Positions 1 through 11,041 of a stretch of DNA of 60,574 nucleotides are shown in pieces. Below the pieces are notes generated by a model, which did not search any database, was not told the DNA's origin, and was given only the letters and a program-made list of their open reading frames with translations. Position 1 is the stretch's first letter. The number at the start of each line of letters is the position of its first letter. The DNA comes from Planctomycetota bacterium. Lineage in GTDB: Bacteria > Planctomycetota > SZUA-567 > H5-PLA8. The DNA is taken from contig JBBRPR010000053.1 in the NCBI GenBank assembly GCA_038227875.1, positions 1-60,574 on the forward strand, given 5' to 3'. Both the position numbers and the translations under genes were made by a program.

Positions 1-211
1 GATACTCTTTCATCCAAACACTAAGGGTTTGTTGGCTGACGCCGAAAAGCTCCGCAACCCGGCATTGCTTTTCGCCCTTCAGCACCGCAGCTACCGCAAG
101 ACGCCGCAATAGGGTCAGTTCCGTCTGAGTCAGATTTCGATTATCTCGTTTATCCATACGCTATTGTGTCTTCTGCCAATGATTTTCAGACAAATTACTG
201 TCGGGGTAATA
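1..211 (-). mobile_element. IS630-family insertion sequence, one end (element runs off the window edge)
   Basis: Minus strand reads TATTACCCCGACAGTAATTTGTCTG, a TA-bounded IS630-like terminus at about 187-211, about 55 nt upstream of a transposase-like ATG at 157. Confidence 0.65.
2..157 (-). CDS. IS630-family transposase, N-terminal HTH (partial; not in the ORF track)
   Basis: Manual translation MDKRDNRNLTQTELTLLRRLAVAAVLKGEKQCRVAELFGVSQQTLSVWMKEY, open to the edge; matches the IS630 N-terminal pattern LRRxAVxAV...xAxxFGVSxxxxxxW. Confidence 0.75.
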   Translation of the reverse strand, partial: MDKRDNRNLTQTELTLLRRLAVAAVLKGEKQCRVAELFGVSQQTLSVWMKEY

Positions 212-573
212 ATGTCGCTTTAGAACACGACTTGGTAGTATGCCTAAGTCCGGTACGCGTCGCGAAAAGCACTGAGACGCCTTTCAGCAGGTGCGATTGC
301 ATTCGCGCCGATTCACGAACGTTCGCCGGTGTTTTCGCAGCCCGTGTATTTTTCCCATGCCAACGGCGCAAGAAGTCTCACGGCGGATCCGGGCCTTGCG
401 TTATCCGGCCCTCGCCGGTGCCGCGATCGATGCCAGTAGTGGCATCGCCACCACGACTGCAACGTCCACCGGCTCCGCTCCAGATGCGGAGACTGAGCTT
501 GCTCCCGATCAAATCGATGTCGGCGATCTGCGGCGACTGATCGCCAGCACAATGAAGACTCCGGTCCCGCCAT

Positions 574-676
574 CGGATCGTAAAGTTCGGCACTGGCGAA
601 GTACGTGCGCCGTCGTTTCACCCACAACAAGCACCTTGCCGCTCGGTAATTTCGTTACAGTATGTCCATAGCGTGC
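574..676 (-). pseudogene. Degenerate Kelch-repeat remnant
   Basis: ARYGHTVTKLPSGKVLVVG in one frame followed by FASAELYDP in another frame: one frameshifted Kelch blade with no intact ORF. Confidence 0.6.
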
Positions 677-802
677 GACGACGGTAAGCGTTCTCGCTAA
701 CCGAATGGATCTAAATGACTTCGCAGTCACTGATGACAGACGATAATACGCTCTCGGGAGTGTTACGCCAATCAACGATGGAAACCGCAGAATTACCCGA
801 AC

Positions 803-1831
803 CTATCGCCGCGTGATCGAGCGCAGCATACCCACGAACGTAATGCCCCAGGCCATCAATGCGACGTAGATGAATATGTTGGGAATCACTTCCAGAAAAT
901 TCAATCCTGAGGCTTTTGCGAAAATGTGCGTGGCGACCGTGAACATCCCGAGCGGAAAGACCAGCGACCAGAATTGCGGATGGTACGTCAGCGGCAGACG
1001 CTGATAAAAATGACGCCAGATGCCGGCAATCACGAGCAGCGGAATCCACCATGCTCCGGCAGCCCAGAAAAAGAGCGTAAAGCCTTTTAAGAAGGGCCGA
1101 AGCTCAAGAAGAAACGGCCACTGATCGGATGTCAGGATCAAACGCGAACCGGCCAGCGTCGTGATTGCCAGCGCGCCCATATTGATCCAATAGCTGGGTG
1201 TCAACGTATCGCGTGTCATGGAAAAAAACATCCAGCGGTAAAAGATTAGGGAAATAAACGCAATGTATAACATCGCGCCAACGAAGTAGGCGCAGAGAGA
1301 AATAAAGAGCACAATCTCTACTCGCCCCAAAGCAGATGAAACCAGCGTGCCGAGCACGCAAATCGCTTCTGTCGAAACCACCACCAATAACCATGCGCCG
1401 TTCAGCGCCGTCTCGATGGGTTGCTTGGGCTCATGCACAGTAATGACGGTGAAGAACAACGACGTGATTGCGATCCACAGCGCCACGCCGAAAAACCACA
1501 GCGCGCATGCCACCGTCATGTATGGTGTGAGCAGCGCGAATTGGCTGCCGAGCACAAAAGTCGCGGCAACTTTGGTCAAGAACGTGACCGCTGTTGGCGG
1601 ATTCACAAGGTCGGCGATGAACTCTCGTCTGAATTTCAAAAATCGTGTCGCGGTCAGTATCCATAGAACGATGTACGCGCCGACATTGAACCACAACAGG
1701 AGTTGCGAAACTAGAAGCATGCCCTGGAAGTGCGCACCGATGGATACAATTCCCGTCGCCATGACCAGGGCGAAGTACCCCGGAAACAACCGTGCCAGCG
1801 CTGGCAAGACGGGAGTGGCGGATTCGTTCAT
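803..1831 (-). CDS. TDT (TehA/SLAC1/C4-dicarboxylate) family anion channel/transporter
   Basis: About 10 hydrophobic segments; [36 protein letters not shown] motifs; ATGA overlap with the upstream gene. Confidence 0.88.
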   Translation of the reverse strand: MNESATPVLPALARLFPGYFALVMATGIVSIGAHFQGMLLVSQLLLWFNVGAYIVLWILTATRFLKFRREFIADLVNPPTAVTFLTKVAATFVLGSQFALLTPYMTVACALWFFGVALWIAITSLFFTVITVHEPKQPIETALNGAWLLVVVSTEAICVLGTLVSSALGRVEIVLFISLCAYFVGAMLYIAFISLIFYRWMFFSMTRDTLTPSYWINMGALAITTLAGSRLILTSDQWPFLLELRPFLKGFTLFFWAAGAWWIPLLVIAGIWRHFYQRLPLTYHPQFWSLVFPLGMFTVATHIFAKASGLNFLEVIPNIFIYVALMAWGITFVGMLRSITRR

Positions 1832-2061
1832 GATTTGGCGTCGATCAATTTGCGCATGTAGAAATGCAGCAGGCCGAAGTTAAGACCGAAAAGCCCGAGG
1901 CTCGCAATTGCGGCCGGCCATACGATAGAATCGTCACCGCCGAGGAATGCTTCCATAGTCGCGGTCAAGAGCCAGAGCTGCATGACGACCACGACCAGCA
2001 CAATGGCGAGAATCGATACGACTATCGTCGAACGCTGTTTTAGAGTGAAGGCGGATTTCAT
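1828..2061 (-). CDS. Small two-TM membrane protein (DUF6755-like)
   Basis: 77 aa, [15 protein letters not shown] motif, start/stop overlaps on both sides. Confidence 0.7.
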   Translation of the reverse strand: MKSAFTLKQRSTIVVSILAIVLVVVVMQLWLLTATMEAFLGGDDSIVWPAAIASLGLFGLNFGLLHFYMRKLIDAKS

Positions 2062-2603
2062 GCTTCGCCCTCCGCAAACCCGGTGGCGAATACGCGGCCG
2101 TCTTTCACTTCCAGGATCACGCGAGGCAACGGACGGCGCGGTGGACCCGCCAGCGGGCGACCGGTTTGGATATCAAACGATCCGTGATGGCAGGGGCAGA
2201 CAAACTTTCCCAGTTCCGGCTTGGGAATGACCGGACAGGAGAGATGCGTGCACTTCTGACCGAATGCGACGAAGTGGTTCTGATCGATCCGAACCAGCAA
2301 ACAGGGATGTCCCTGCGATGGGTACTCGAAACGTTTTGCAGCACCGATCGTCAATTCATCGACTGGACCCAAATCCAAGAGCTCGGGCCTCGCGTCTGAT
2401 TTGCGAGAAATGCTCAGTACTCCAATCCAGCATTGTCCGGCGACAAACGCTAGGCTCGTCAGTCCCAGCATCTTTGTGAAATCGCGCCGCGAACGGAATT
2501 CGTCGCTTGGCCAGTCAATGGGGAATTGTTCACGCCATGCAGGCTGCGCTTCGTGCGTTCTTCCATCCGGTGTCGCGGCTCGTTCAGAATCGCCGAGGTT
2601 CAT
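2058..2603 (-). CDS. Rieske [2Fe-2S] protein with Tat-like signal anchor
   Basis: CTHLSC and CPCHHG Rieske motifs, GPP motif; SRRDFTK followed by a hydrophobic stretch. Confidence 0.9.
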   Translation of the reverse strand: MNLGDSERAATPDGRTHEAQPAWREQFPIDWPSDEFRSRRDFTKMLGLTSLAFVAGQCWIGVLSISRKSDARPELLDLGPVDELTIGAAKRFEYPSQGHPCLLVRIDQNHFVAFGQKCTHLSCPVIPKPELGKFVCPCHHGSFDIQTGRPLAGPPRRPLPRVILEVKDGRVFATGFAEGEA

Positions 2604-3247
2604 AGTCCTTCTCCGGGTTCCGCAACAGGGGCAGCAAAGACATCGTCCATCGCGTGCGACACCGACGCATCGTCGAGGCCGGACATCACATTCAATCGTT
2701 CGATTTTTGCATTTAACGGAACAAGCATGACGACCTTTGTCGAAATCGTTTGATTGCCAAACTGAAACGTGTTGATTGCTTTTGAATTCGGTCGCAAGCG
2801 TTCCAGATCATTGCGCGTGCCGAACATCAATGCCTGGCTGGGGCAGACTGACGCGCACATCGGCTTCTTCCCAACTGACGTCCGGTCGTAGCACATGTCG
2901 CACTTCATCATCAGATACATGTCGGTCTGCATTTTTGGCACGCCGAAAGGACACGCAAGCACGCAATTATTGCACGCGATGCATCGCGGTTTGCGCGCGG
3001 ATTGTACAACGCCATCGGCGGTGCGCTTGATTGCGTCGGCGGGACAGACTTCAGCGCAGGTCGGCGAATCGCAATGCATGCAAATCACTGGAACCGTCTG
3101 CGGTGATACGCCGGGGTCGATGGTGTCGAGTTGGATCATCGAATGTCCCTTGTGCGAATTGCATTCCGTGCAGGCCTGCACACAGGCGTTGCACCCAATG
3201 CAGCGGCTGGGATCGACAAAAAACTCCATGGTTTCCGGTACGGCCAT
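2600..3247 (-). CDS. 4Fe-4S dicluster electron-transfer subunit (DmsB/FdnH-like)
   Basis: Four Cys groups: [42 protein letters not shown]...CASVCP; start moved to ATG 3247 (GGAGG RBS). Confidence 0.9.
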   Translation of the reverse strand: MAVPETMEFFVDPSRCIGCNACVQACTECNSHKGHSMIQLDTIDPGVSPQTVPVICMHCDSPTCAEVCPADAIKRTADGVVQSARKPRCIACNNCVLACPFGVPKMQTDMYLMMKCDMCYDRTSVGKKPMCASVCPSQALMFGTRNDLERLRPNSKAINTFQFGNQTISTKVVMLVPLNAKIERLNVMSGLDDASVSHAMDDVFAAPVAEPGEGL

Positions 3248-3288
3248 CGTGGTCCTCCCGTTTATAACATGCTGCGAACACCGTGCTC

Positions 3289-5508
3289 TCAATTGACGGG
3301 CGCGTCGGCCTTTTTCAACCGGGCGGCACAGACTTTGTATTCGGGAATCTTTGAAATGGGATCCTGTGCCGAGATCGTCAATTGATTGATGCTCTTGCGA
3401 CCGGCCCAATGATACGGAACAAAGATTGTGTCCGGGCGGATCGACTCCACGACCCGCGCGCGAAGCGTGCAGGTCCCGCGCCGCGATTCGGCCGTCGCCC
3501 AATCACCTTCTTTGATACCCAGCTTCTCGGCTAACTGCGGATGCAATTCGATGAATGGCTCCGGACAATGATCAACCAACGGCGCAATGCGACGGGTCTG
3601 TTCGCCGGAGAGAAAATGACTCACCACGCGGCCCGTCGTCAGGATCAACGGGAAGTCGGCGTCGGTGACCTCCGCTGGCGGCGTATAGTTCGCGACATTG
3701 AAATGCGCCTTGCCATCGGGAAAGTAGAACGGACCCGCTCCTTGTGCCACGGAATTCCATGAGCCTTTTTCGAACAGGCGCGGCGTGCCCGTATGTTCTT
3801 CTGAGGGACATGGCCAGCACACGCCGAATTGGCGTTCGATTTTTTCGTAGGTGATTCCAGAATAATCCGCGACGCCGCCCTTGGATGCCCGGCGCAATTC
3901 GTCGAAGATTTCGCGCGGCGATGTAAACGTGAAGCCCTTATCTCGTTTCAATGCCTGTGCGATATCTTGAATAATCCGCCAATCCTGCCGCGCGTCGCCT
4001 GGCGAATCGACGACTTTATTGATCTTGATGACGCGCCCTTCCGTGGTGGTCACGACGCCCTCGTCTTCCTCTTGCAACGAACCGGGAAGAACAATGTTGG
4101 CGTAATGCGCCGTTTCGCTGAGAAAGAAATCGATGGCAACGTAGAAGTCGAGCTTCTCCAGCATACGGCGGATAAAATTATTGTCCGGCAACGAGACGAG
4201 TGGATTGAAGCAGATCGACAGCAATCCTTTGATCTCGCCCTTGTCGATCTTGCGGAACATTTCGTAACAGTCCACCCCCGGTCCGGGCAGGTCCGCTTCA
4301 TTCATGCCCCAAATTCCGGCGACGTGCGCGCGGTGAGCCGGATTTGAAATATCGCGCCAGCCAGGCAGTTGATCGCACTTCTGTCCGTGCTCGCGGCCGC
4401 CCTGGCCATTGGCCTGACCGGTAATGGTGGCGTAACCGCACCCTTCGCGGCCGATGCGGCCGGAGGCGAGCACGATGTTGATCGCGCCAAGACAATTCTG
4501 AACGCCGTGACTGTGGTGCTCGATGCCCCGGGCGTGCATCAGAAAACTGCTCTTCGCGGTGCCCCACCACTCGGCGGCCTGTTGGATCGCGCGCTCCGAG
4601 ATTCCGGTAATGCGTGCGGTTTTGTCGGGCGTCCAGGCTTGAACGCTCTGCGCCACCGCATCGAATCCGATGGTGTGATTTTGAATAAAATCGTGATCGA
4701 CCCAGCCATTCTTGATCATCAAATGAAGGATGCCGTTGAAAAGCGCGACATCGCGGCCAGGTTTTACGGGAAGAAATAAATCGCAGGTCCGGGCGATTGG
4801 CGTCAGTCGCGGATCAACCACAATAATTTTCGCGCCGCGTTCGCGCGCCTGCCAGACGTAATCGGTGGTGATCGGCGCGCATTCGGCCACGTTCGCGCCA
4901 CTGATCCAGACTACGTCCGCTTTGAGAATATCGCTGTGTGGATTTGCAGCGCGGTCGATGCCGAACGACTTCTTGTTTGCTGCGCCGGCGCTGACCATGC
5001 ACAGTCGCCCGTTGTAATCGATGTACGGCGTCTTTAAACACATGCGTGCGAACTTGCCCATCAGATACGTCTTCTCAGTCGTGAGACTCGCGCCGCTCAA
5101 ACACCCGACGGCTTGAGGTCCGTGCTGCGTCTGAAGGCGATCGATTTCCGAGGCTACGCGCATAATGGCGGCTTCGTAGCCCATCGGTCGAAAACCGCCC
5201 GGCGCACTGGCATCGCGTTCGTATGCGCACGTTAGCCGGTCCGGGTGCGAGCCCTGTAAATACCGCTTGATTCCCTTGGGGCAGAGCTTTCCCTGGTTGA
5301 ATGGAAATTCCATCCATGGCTCGAAGCCGATCACTTCGTTGTTCTTCGCCAGCAGCGTAATGCCGCACTGCTGCCCGCAAAAACAGCAATGCGTGTTCAC
5401 GGACTTATCCGGGACTGCGCCTGCGTCCAATCGCATGCCACTAGGACTAGATAGATGAGGTCCAAACGTGTCGCAGATCGATGCATCGCTTACGGCCAGA
5501 GTAGCCAT
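3289..5508 (-). CDS. Mo-bisPGD oxidoreductase catalytic subunit, NasA/NapA/Fdh-like, no signal peptide
   Basis: [10 protein letters not shown]...KLCPKG N-terminal Fe-S motif; NGRLCM Cys-ligand motif; [11 protein letters not shown]-terminal LTTGR...[10 protein letters not shown]. Confidence 0.88.
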   Translation of the reverse strand: MATLAVSDASICDTFGPHLSSPSGMRLDAGAVPDKSVNTHCCFCGQQCGITLLAKNNEVIGFEPWMEFPFNQGKLCPKGIKRYLQGSHPDRLTCAYERDASAPGGFRPMGYEAAIMRVASEIDRLQTQHGPQAVGCLSGASLTTEKTYLMGKFARMCLKTPYIDYNGRLCMVSAGAANKKSFGIDRAANPHSDILKADVVWISGANVAECAPITTDYVWQARERGAKIIVVDPRLTPIARTCDLFLPVKPGRDVALFNGILHLMIKNGWVDHDFIQNHTIGFDAVAQSVQAWTPDKTARITGISERAIQQAAEWWGTAKSSFLMHARGIEHHSHGVQNCLGAINIVLASGRIGREGCGYATITGQANGQGGREHGQKCDQLPGWRDISNPAHRAHVAGIWGMNEADLPGPGVDCYEMFRKIDKGEIKGLLSICFNPLVSLPDNNFIRRMLEKLDFYVAIDFFLSETAHYANIVLPGSLQEEDEGVVTTTEGRVIKINKVVDSPGDARQDWRIIQDIAQALKRDKGFTFTSPREIFDELRRASKGGVADYSGITYEKIERQFGVCWPCPSEEHTGTPRLFEKGSWNSVAQGAGPFYFPDGKAHFNVANYTPPAEVTDADFPLILTTGRVVSHFLSGEQTRRIAPLVDHCPEPFIELHPQLAEKLGIKEGDWATAESRRGTCTLRARVVESIRPDTIFVPYHWAGRKSINQLTISAQDPISKIPEYKVCAARLKKADAPVN

Positions 5509-5522
5509 GTGTGCTGCCTTCC

Positions 5523-6665
5523 TTATGCGTGATAATTCCGCGCGTCTTCCTCACCCAAAGGCCCTTCACCCAATCCAGGATTGGCGTAAACAGGCATGGG
5601 CCTCGGCAAAGGCTGTGGTAGCCTTTCGCCGCCACTCTTGATTCGGCCTTGCGCCAGAGCCAGCATGACGCGCCGGCAGCGCGGACAAATTTGTTGGAAG
5701 TGTTGAACGCCGGGATTGCCGGTGATCGTGTAGTCGTATCCCAGTTCACGTTCGACTTGAATCAAGTCCGCCACATGCATTTTGGAGGCATATTCATGTC
5801 CGCAGCGGCGACACTTCTCTGCTTCTTCCCTCGCCGCGACATCTTTGTAAAACTCCACGCCGATTTGCGCCGGACGTTGAAAGATATGGAAGAACTTCCC
5901 GAAGGGCATCCACAGCAATGTGACGATGACGGTCACGGCGTGAATGATCGCCAGGAATTCATAGCCATATCCTTTCAGCCAGGTGTAACTCACTACCAGC
6001 AATAATCCGGTGATACTGATCGCGAAAAGAAGGATGAGCGGCAAGAAATCTTCGGAGAACAACTGCGTGGCCACCGCGCCCTCATCGCGCATGCGGCGGC
6101 GCATGGCAATCATCACTCCAGGCACAACCAGCAGCGCAGCCCAAACCAGGCCGTGAAAAATGAAAAACGCCGGCCACGATTCGTGATCGAACGAAATCGT
6201 TTGGAATCCAAAAACATAAACCTGATACCAACCGAGTTTGTCCGGAACCGATTCGAATTCGATCCAGCCGAAAACCAGCGGAAAGGTGATGGCCCCGGCC
6301 AGCACGCAACCCCACATGATCAAGATATGCGCCAGCCAACGTTCTGGCGATCGTTTCCAGATAAAAGTATTGAGCGCAAATTCGCCAATCATCCGCTTGA
6401 CCCAGAGACCCACGTTTCGAATGAAATGCCGGGGCATAAAAAAGACCTGCCATCCGCGCCGCCAGAACATGGCAGTAGGCGGACGCTGGAGCCAGGTCGC
6501 GTACCGGTACACGACGCCAAAAAGCGCGAAAAGCGATCCGAACGTGTAGGCGACCAGTGCTGCGTCGAAGCGCTCCAGCCGCCGCGATCCAATGAAAATC
6601 AAAGCGACCAAAATGCCCGTCGCCACCGCAGCCAAACCCAGAGCTTTCAGCGTCTCTTTGCGCAA
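5523..6665 (-). CDS. NarI-like polytopic membrane protein with C-terminal CxxC...CxxC
   Basis: Multiple TM helices with His in [25 protein letters not shown] and PFGKFFHIF (NarI-type); CRRC...CPRC tail; TTG start. Confidence 0.7.
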   Translation of the reverse strand: MRKETLKALGLAAVATGILVALIFIGSRRLERFDAALVAYTFGSLFALFGVVYRYATWLQRPPTAMFWRRGWQVFFMPRHFIRNVGLWVKRMIGEFALNTFIWKRSPERWLAHILIMWGCVLAGAITFPLVFGWIEFESVPDKLGWYQVYVFGFQTISFDHESWPAFFIFHGLVWAALLVVPGVMIAMRRRMRDEGAVATQLFSEDFLPLILLFAISITGLLLVVSYTWLKGYGYEFLAIIHAVTVIVTLLWMPFGKFFHIFQRPAQIGVEFYKDVAAREEAEKCRRCGHEYASKMHVADLIQVERELGYDYTITGNPGVQHFQQICPRCRRVMLALAQGRIKSGGERLPQPLPRPMPVYANPGLGEGPLGEEDARNYHA

Positions 6666-6923
6666 TGGAATTCTCTCAGTGAATACAAGGCACCGTGAAA
6701 AGCGAGGTTATCGTGTCCGTGAAACGCGTACAGTCAAACAGAAATGCAACTCCAACCAATCCGTGACGCGCAAGCAATTCCGTTGAAATCATGCTCGTCG
6801 CGAGAACCTCATGACTAAAAAAATGTAGTCGCATGTGTGGAACCGGACAGTAAATTTACCCCACTTTCAATGTCGGCCAGCATGCCCCGCATACTTATGC
6901 ATCGGATTTCGCGAACAGGGCAT

Positions 6924-8780
6924 TTAGTAGTTGCTTTGTTGCAGTAATTCCTCAAGTGGACTGAAGCTGGAATGGACCTCGCGCACGAACGCCTCATAAC
7001 GGGCTTTTACCAAATCACGCGATTCCAGTTTGAATTTGCGCATGCGTCGCTGAACATCGCGCAGGACGTCGGCTTTTCTTGCACACACCTCCTCGATCTC
7101 GACGCGGCGTTCGTGGCAGGATTTCTGCACACTCTTGCAATACTCGTCAAATTGCCGCGAGACTTGATCGCAGTACGTTGCTAGGTCATGCGCTTCGATG
7201 GCCCAGCGAGTGATATGGACAAGATGAGCGCCTTTGACGCCCAGAGTCACGGCTTCGGTGAATGTGCGGGGATTCTTGAACAGGCGCCTCGTCAAAAACT
7301 TGAAGTAGTTCCATCCGTACCGTGTCGGAAGCATGCGGGCGAGTGAGCGAAAAAAGATCATCTCTCCATTTTTGATGCGGTGACGACGGACAAGATTTCC
7401 GGCGATGCGATCCAGCAGACCGTCACAGCGCTCGAAATAAGATTTGAGATTGGTGCCATAAAGGTCGCGGAGCAGTCGCTTGTAGGATGCAATGATTTCG
7501 GCCTCGGGACGCTTTGGCTCGAAATTCATTTTGAATCCATGCGTGTTGTTGCCGGACGACCTGCTGCGCATCCGGCCTTCACGCGTCAATCGCTTTTCGA
7601 GTTCCGTCTCCGGCAAGGCGGTCAACAATCCGGCCATGGCGATGGGAATTTTCGCCTGTTGAATGAACTCAATCATGATCCGGTCGACGTTTTCGGGTTC
7701 ATTCTCAAGGCCAACGATCAAGCCAGCACTGACCTCGATACCAGAACGTTGGATCTTCTCTACCTGCGCGAGCAACTTCGCGGCGGTTTGATGATTTTTG
7801 CGGTCCGTATTCAGACTTTTATTGGATGCCAGCAACGATTTCTCGTCGGGTGTTTCGATGCCCACAAAGACCATGTCGAAGCCGGCCTGACCCATCATCG
7901 AGAGTAGTTCGTCATCGTCGGCGAGTGTGATGGTCGCCTCGGTGAAAAAGGTGAACGGATATCCCGACCTGCGTTGCCAGGCCACGAGCGTCGGCAGCAC
8001 TTCGTTCTTCACTGCATTTTTGTTGCCAATAAAGTTATCGTCCACAATGAAGACGGAACCCCGATATCCGATGTTTCGGATTGCATCGAGTTCCGCCAGA
8101 AGCCGTGCTGCGGGTTTTGTGCGCGGCTTGCGGCCGAATTGTGTCCAGATATCGCAGAAGTCGCATGCGACCGGACAACCCCGACTGAACTGGACCGCCA
8201 TCGACGCATACTGATCGTGCTCGATCAGGTCGAAGCGAGGCATGGGCATATCCGCCAGGGTTGGGCGATCTCCGACTATCAACGCGCAGTCGCCGTTGAA
8301 GAATTCGCGGATGCGCTCCGCCTTTTCAACATCCGCAACATGCCCATAGGCTTTTTTTGTCTTTCCCGTTTGAAAATCGACGATGAACTGCGAGAGCCCC
8401 AGTTCGGCTTCTCCGATGTAGTAGTGGTTGGCGCCTGGAACCTCCGAGAAGCCCGTGTTAATCAGCGGTCCGCCAACAATGATCGGTTTGCCCAGCGAAT
8501 TGCAGCGCGCGATCAGATCCTGCATCGCTTCCTTCTGAACAATCATCGCCGACGCCATGACCAGGTCGGCATTAGCCAGATCGTTGTCGTGGAACGGCCG
8601 GACATTCTCGTCGTAAAGCTTCACTTGAAAGTTCGGTGGCAGCATTCCAGCGATCGAAATCAGTCCATAGGGTGGCATATTTGAGCGCTTTTTGATCATC
8701 TTCAGCGCTTCCCGAAAACTCCAATATGAAGGCGTGCGGTATTCCGGGTAGACCATGGCAACGTTGAATGATCCAATCAC
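6924..8780 (-). CDS. B12-binding radical SAM protein (DUF4070 / HpnP-like family)
   Basis: N-terminal B12-binding region (PPYGLISIAG, SAMIVQ), SRGCPVACDFC, VDDNFIG, GIETP; GTG start with GGAG RBS. Confidence 0.85.
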   Translation of the reverse strand: MIGSFNVAMVYPEYRTPSYWSFREALKMIKKRSNMPPYGLISIAGMLPPNFQVKLYDENVRPFHDNDLANADLVMASAMIVQKEAMQDLIARCNSLGKPIIVGGPLINTGFSEVPGANHYYIGEAELGLSQFIVDFQTGKTKKAYGHVADVEKAERIREFFNGDCALIVGDRPTLADMPMPRFDLIEHDQYASMAVQFSRGCPVACDFCDIWTQFGRKPRTKPAARLLAELDAIRNIGYRGSVFIVDDNFIGNKNAVKNEVLPTLVAWQRRSGYPFTFFTEATITLADDDELLSMMGQAGFDMVFVGIETPDEKSLLASNKSLNTDRKNHQTAAKLLAQVEKIQRSGIEVSAGLIVGLENEPENVDRIMIEFIQQAKIPIAMAGLLTALPETELEKRLTREGRMRSRSSGNNTHGFKMNFEPKRPEAEIIASYKRLLRDLYGTNLKSYFERCDGLLDRIAGNLVRRHRIKNGEMIFFRSLARMLPTRYGWNYFKFLTRRLFKNPRTFTEAVTLGVKGAHLVHITRWAIEAHDLATYCDQVSRQFDEYCKSVQKSCHERRVEIEEVCARKADVLRDVQRRMRKFKLESRDLVKARYEAFVREVHSSFSPLEELLQQSNY

Positions 8781-8925
8781 AAAGGAGTCTCCTGGTAAAT
8801 TTTAGCGGGATCAACCCATGCCCAGACCGACTCAGCACGAGGGTGAGCCGCAGCGCAGAATTTATTGCTGGCCGATCCGAGCTGACAGTGCGCAAGAGCC
8901 ACGTCGTGACTTGCGTTCAAACGCC

Positions 8926-8941
8926 AGATAATATATTGTCT
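8926..8941. promoter_or_regulatory. Near-perfect 16-bp palindrome, candidate operator upstream of the radical SAM gene
   Basis: AGATAATATATTGTCT in an AT-rich intergenic patch. Confidence 0.3.
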
Positions 8942-8988
8942 ATATCGCTATCGTCAACTATTGTTTTAGGATATGTCGGTCACGTGTT

Positions 8989-9810
8989 TCAATCCTTCGG
9001 GAGTTGCTTTTCGCCAGGCTCTTGGCCAAAAGAGAAGGAAACTCTATTTTCCAGGCCCTCGCCGACGTCAATATCGGCCTTTTGTACTCCGAGTCGTTCG
9101 TGCCAGGCCGTGATTTGATAGTGCCCTGCGATGAGTCCCTTCAGTGCAACGGTGCCGTCTAATTTACTCACACAAAAAAACGGATGGTCAAACACGCCAC
9201 ACCAGGACTGCATCCAGATGTGTAAATCGCATTGAATCCGGAAGGGGGATTCGCTTTCGGAAAATTTCTTGAGCGTCGTGAGATTCCGACTCGGCTGAGC
9301 CAGATTAAAAGCGTCGTTCTTAGAGCACAAACAGTGAATATTATGTGCTCCATCGTCGAGATTTCGAATGACGAGATCCTGACCCGTCATGATGCCGAAG
9401 ACAGGGGGGCAATGCGATATCCGATCTGATCGAGCGCGACGGTTTCCTTGGGTGGGCTAAACGTGAAATTCTCGACTCCTTTGGAAAACGTAGACCAGCA
9501 CATTGGCAAGTTTGCCTTCTGCGCTGATAACATACCGTTCGTCCAGGAGTTGTTTGTCTTTGTAATATGCGCTGGCATCTTTGTGCGCAGAGAGGTCAAT
9601 AACCTTCTGTTCACGAGGCTTGCCCATGAAAAGAACCGTGCCGGTTACCAAGTACGTTGCTTGGGCGACGGGGAACGGCTTCTTGTCCGTGCACGTGAGC
9701 TTTAAGTCGGCTTCGATGCCAAAGGAACTAAATGAGACAAGAATGCCAATGCTAATCAGCGCCAATTTTTGCAACGGAATGAGAAGTTCGACTTTTCTAA
9801 TCAGCGACAT
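8989..9810 (-). pseudogene. Secreted cupredoxin-like/carboxypeptidase-regulatory-like domain protein with two frameshifts
   Basis: Signal peptide + VTGTVLF...LANVLVYV (frame A), then KGVE...VALDQIG (frame B), then GQDLVIRN..HNIH..CDLHIWM..HPFF..AWHERLG (frame C); breaks near 9485 and 9405. Confidence 0.72.
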
Positions 9811-9952
9811 GATGGGGTGACTATTGCTGTTTCGGTATCCCAAATGGCGATTGCAATATCGATGTCCGCAACGCGACATAGTTCACTCCTGCCAAGAGAC
9901 TCCGCCACGACGGTACAGCTGACAAGATTAAGGAAATTCTGGCATATTGACG

Positions 9953-10429
9953 CTATCTGCTGTCCCGCATGGGCGAGGTTGAGGCGGATGTACCGGCCGA
10001 GCCGAACGGAAACGGGCAGAGCGGCTTACTGCGAGTAGGTTCGTCCAGCAGGTCTTGAACGGTCGTATTTCGGAAGGCTTTTTCAACCGACGCAATCGCA
10101 TCGTCGAGGCGCCGGTGCAGCGCGCATAGATTGGCGCCATGTCCGGCAAGTTTGAGAGGACAGGTAACGATGCGTTTAATGGGATCAACCGACTGTACGA
10201 CATCGTAAATGGTGATAGCCGAAGGCGGCTTCGCCAAGGAAAATCCACCACCCGGACCGCGTTGTGCTGATACGAGGCCAGCCTTGCCGAGGTCCTGCAT
10301 CACCTTGGAGAGGTACTTGGATGGAACTTGGGTAGCGTGAGCCATTTTTTCCGCGACGTGGCCTGTATTATTGTGTTGAGACATAAACACAATCGCTCGC
10401 AGGGCGTATTCCGCTGTCTTGGAAATCAT
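9953..10429 (-). CDS. Rrf2-family transcriptional regulator (NsrR/IscR superfamily)
   Basis: MISKTAEYALRA, YLSKVMQDL, RGPGGGFSL wing, CPL...LCALH cluster-ligand region. Confidence 0.92.
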   Translation of the reverse strand: MISKTAEYALRAIVFMSQHNNTGHVAEKMAHATQVPSKYLSKVMQDLGKAGLVSAQRGPGGGFSLAKPPSAITIYDVVQSVDPIKRIVTCPLKLAGHGANLCALHRRLDDAIASVEKAFRNTTVQDLLDEPTRSKPLCPFPFGSAGTSASTSPMRDSR

Positions 10430-10516
10430 GTCAACACCCTCTTTACTTAAACAATATCAAAGCGCTATGTTACTCATTTCCGAAGTGCTGTCAAAATAGT
10501 TTCATATCTGAATATA

Positions 10517-11041
10517 TTAGAGACTGGCCGTCTTCCGTCGATCCTTGCATCGTCCTTGGATAGATAGCAGCGCGTTGGGAATCAAGTCTTCCAGAATTGA
10601 AAGCTGTTCCAGCACAGCCCTGGCATTGCCTGCAAGAGCAAGCAGAAGTCGTCCGCCTCTGACAAAGCCACCACATCTGCTGAGATAGCTATTGCGGGAA
10701 TATTTCATGCTTTCCATGCGAAGCAGTTCGCCTACTCCAGGGATGCAGTAATCGGACAATCCCTCAAGTGTTTGGGGTGTGATATCGCCTGGCCCCAGAC
10801 CAGTTCCTCCGCAGGCAAGAATGACTTCTGTTTCCATGAGGAGCGATTCAAGAGTTTGAACTAACCGCGGAGCCTCATTCGTTATCGCGATCACATTAGG
10901 CACGCTATAACCGCGGTCCAGCAACCACTCTGCTGCCGCTGGACCGGTCGGGTCCACGTAGTCGGGGTTCCGCACGCGATCGCTGACTACAATCACGCAA
11001 GCCCTGGACGGACTTTCAGCCGACTTTTGATCTTGGATCAT
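10517..11041 (-). CDS. MogA/MoaB-family molybdenum cofactor biosynthesis protein
   Basis: VVSDR, GGTGLGPGDITP, SR motif; ATG 11041 overlaps the ric stop (ATGA). Confidence 0.82.
   Translation of the reverse strand: MIQDQKSAESPSRACVIVVSDRVRNPDYVDPTGPAAAEWLLDRGYSVPNVIAITNEAPRLVQTLESLLMETEVILACGGTGLGPGDITPQTLEGLSDYCIPGVGELLRMESMKYSRNSYLSRCGGFVRGGRLLLALAGNARAVLEQLSILEDLIPNALLSIQGRCKDRRKTASL

Noticed and set aside
3289..5508. Formate dehydrogenase or selenocysteine enzyme
   Set aside because: No in-frame TGA, and the ligand motif is RLCM rather than the FDH-type RxC/UH; closer to Nas/Nap
6666..6923. FNR/CRP box upstream of the NarI-like gene (also checked at 11821-11840)
   Set aside because: Only half-site matches with wrong spacing; no TTGAT-N4-ATCAA
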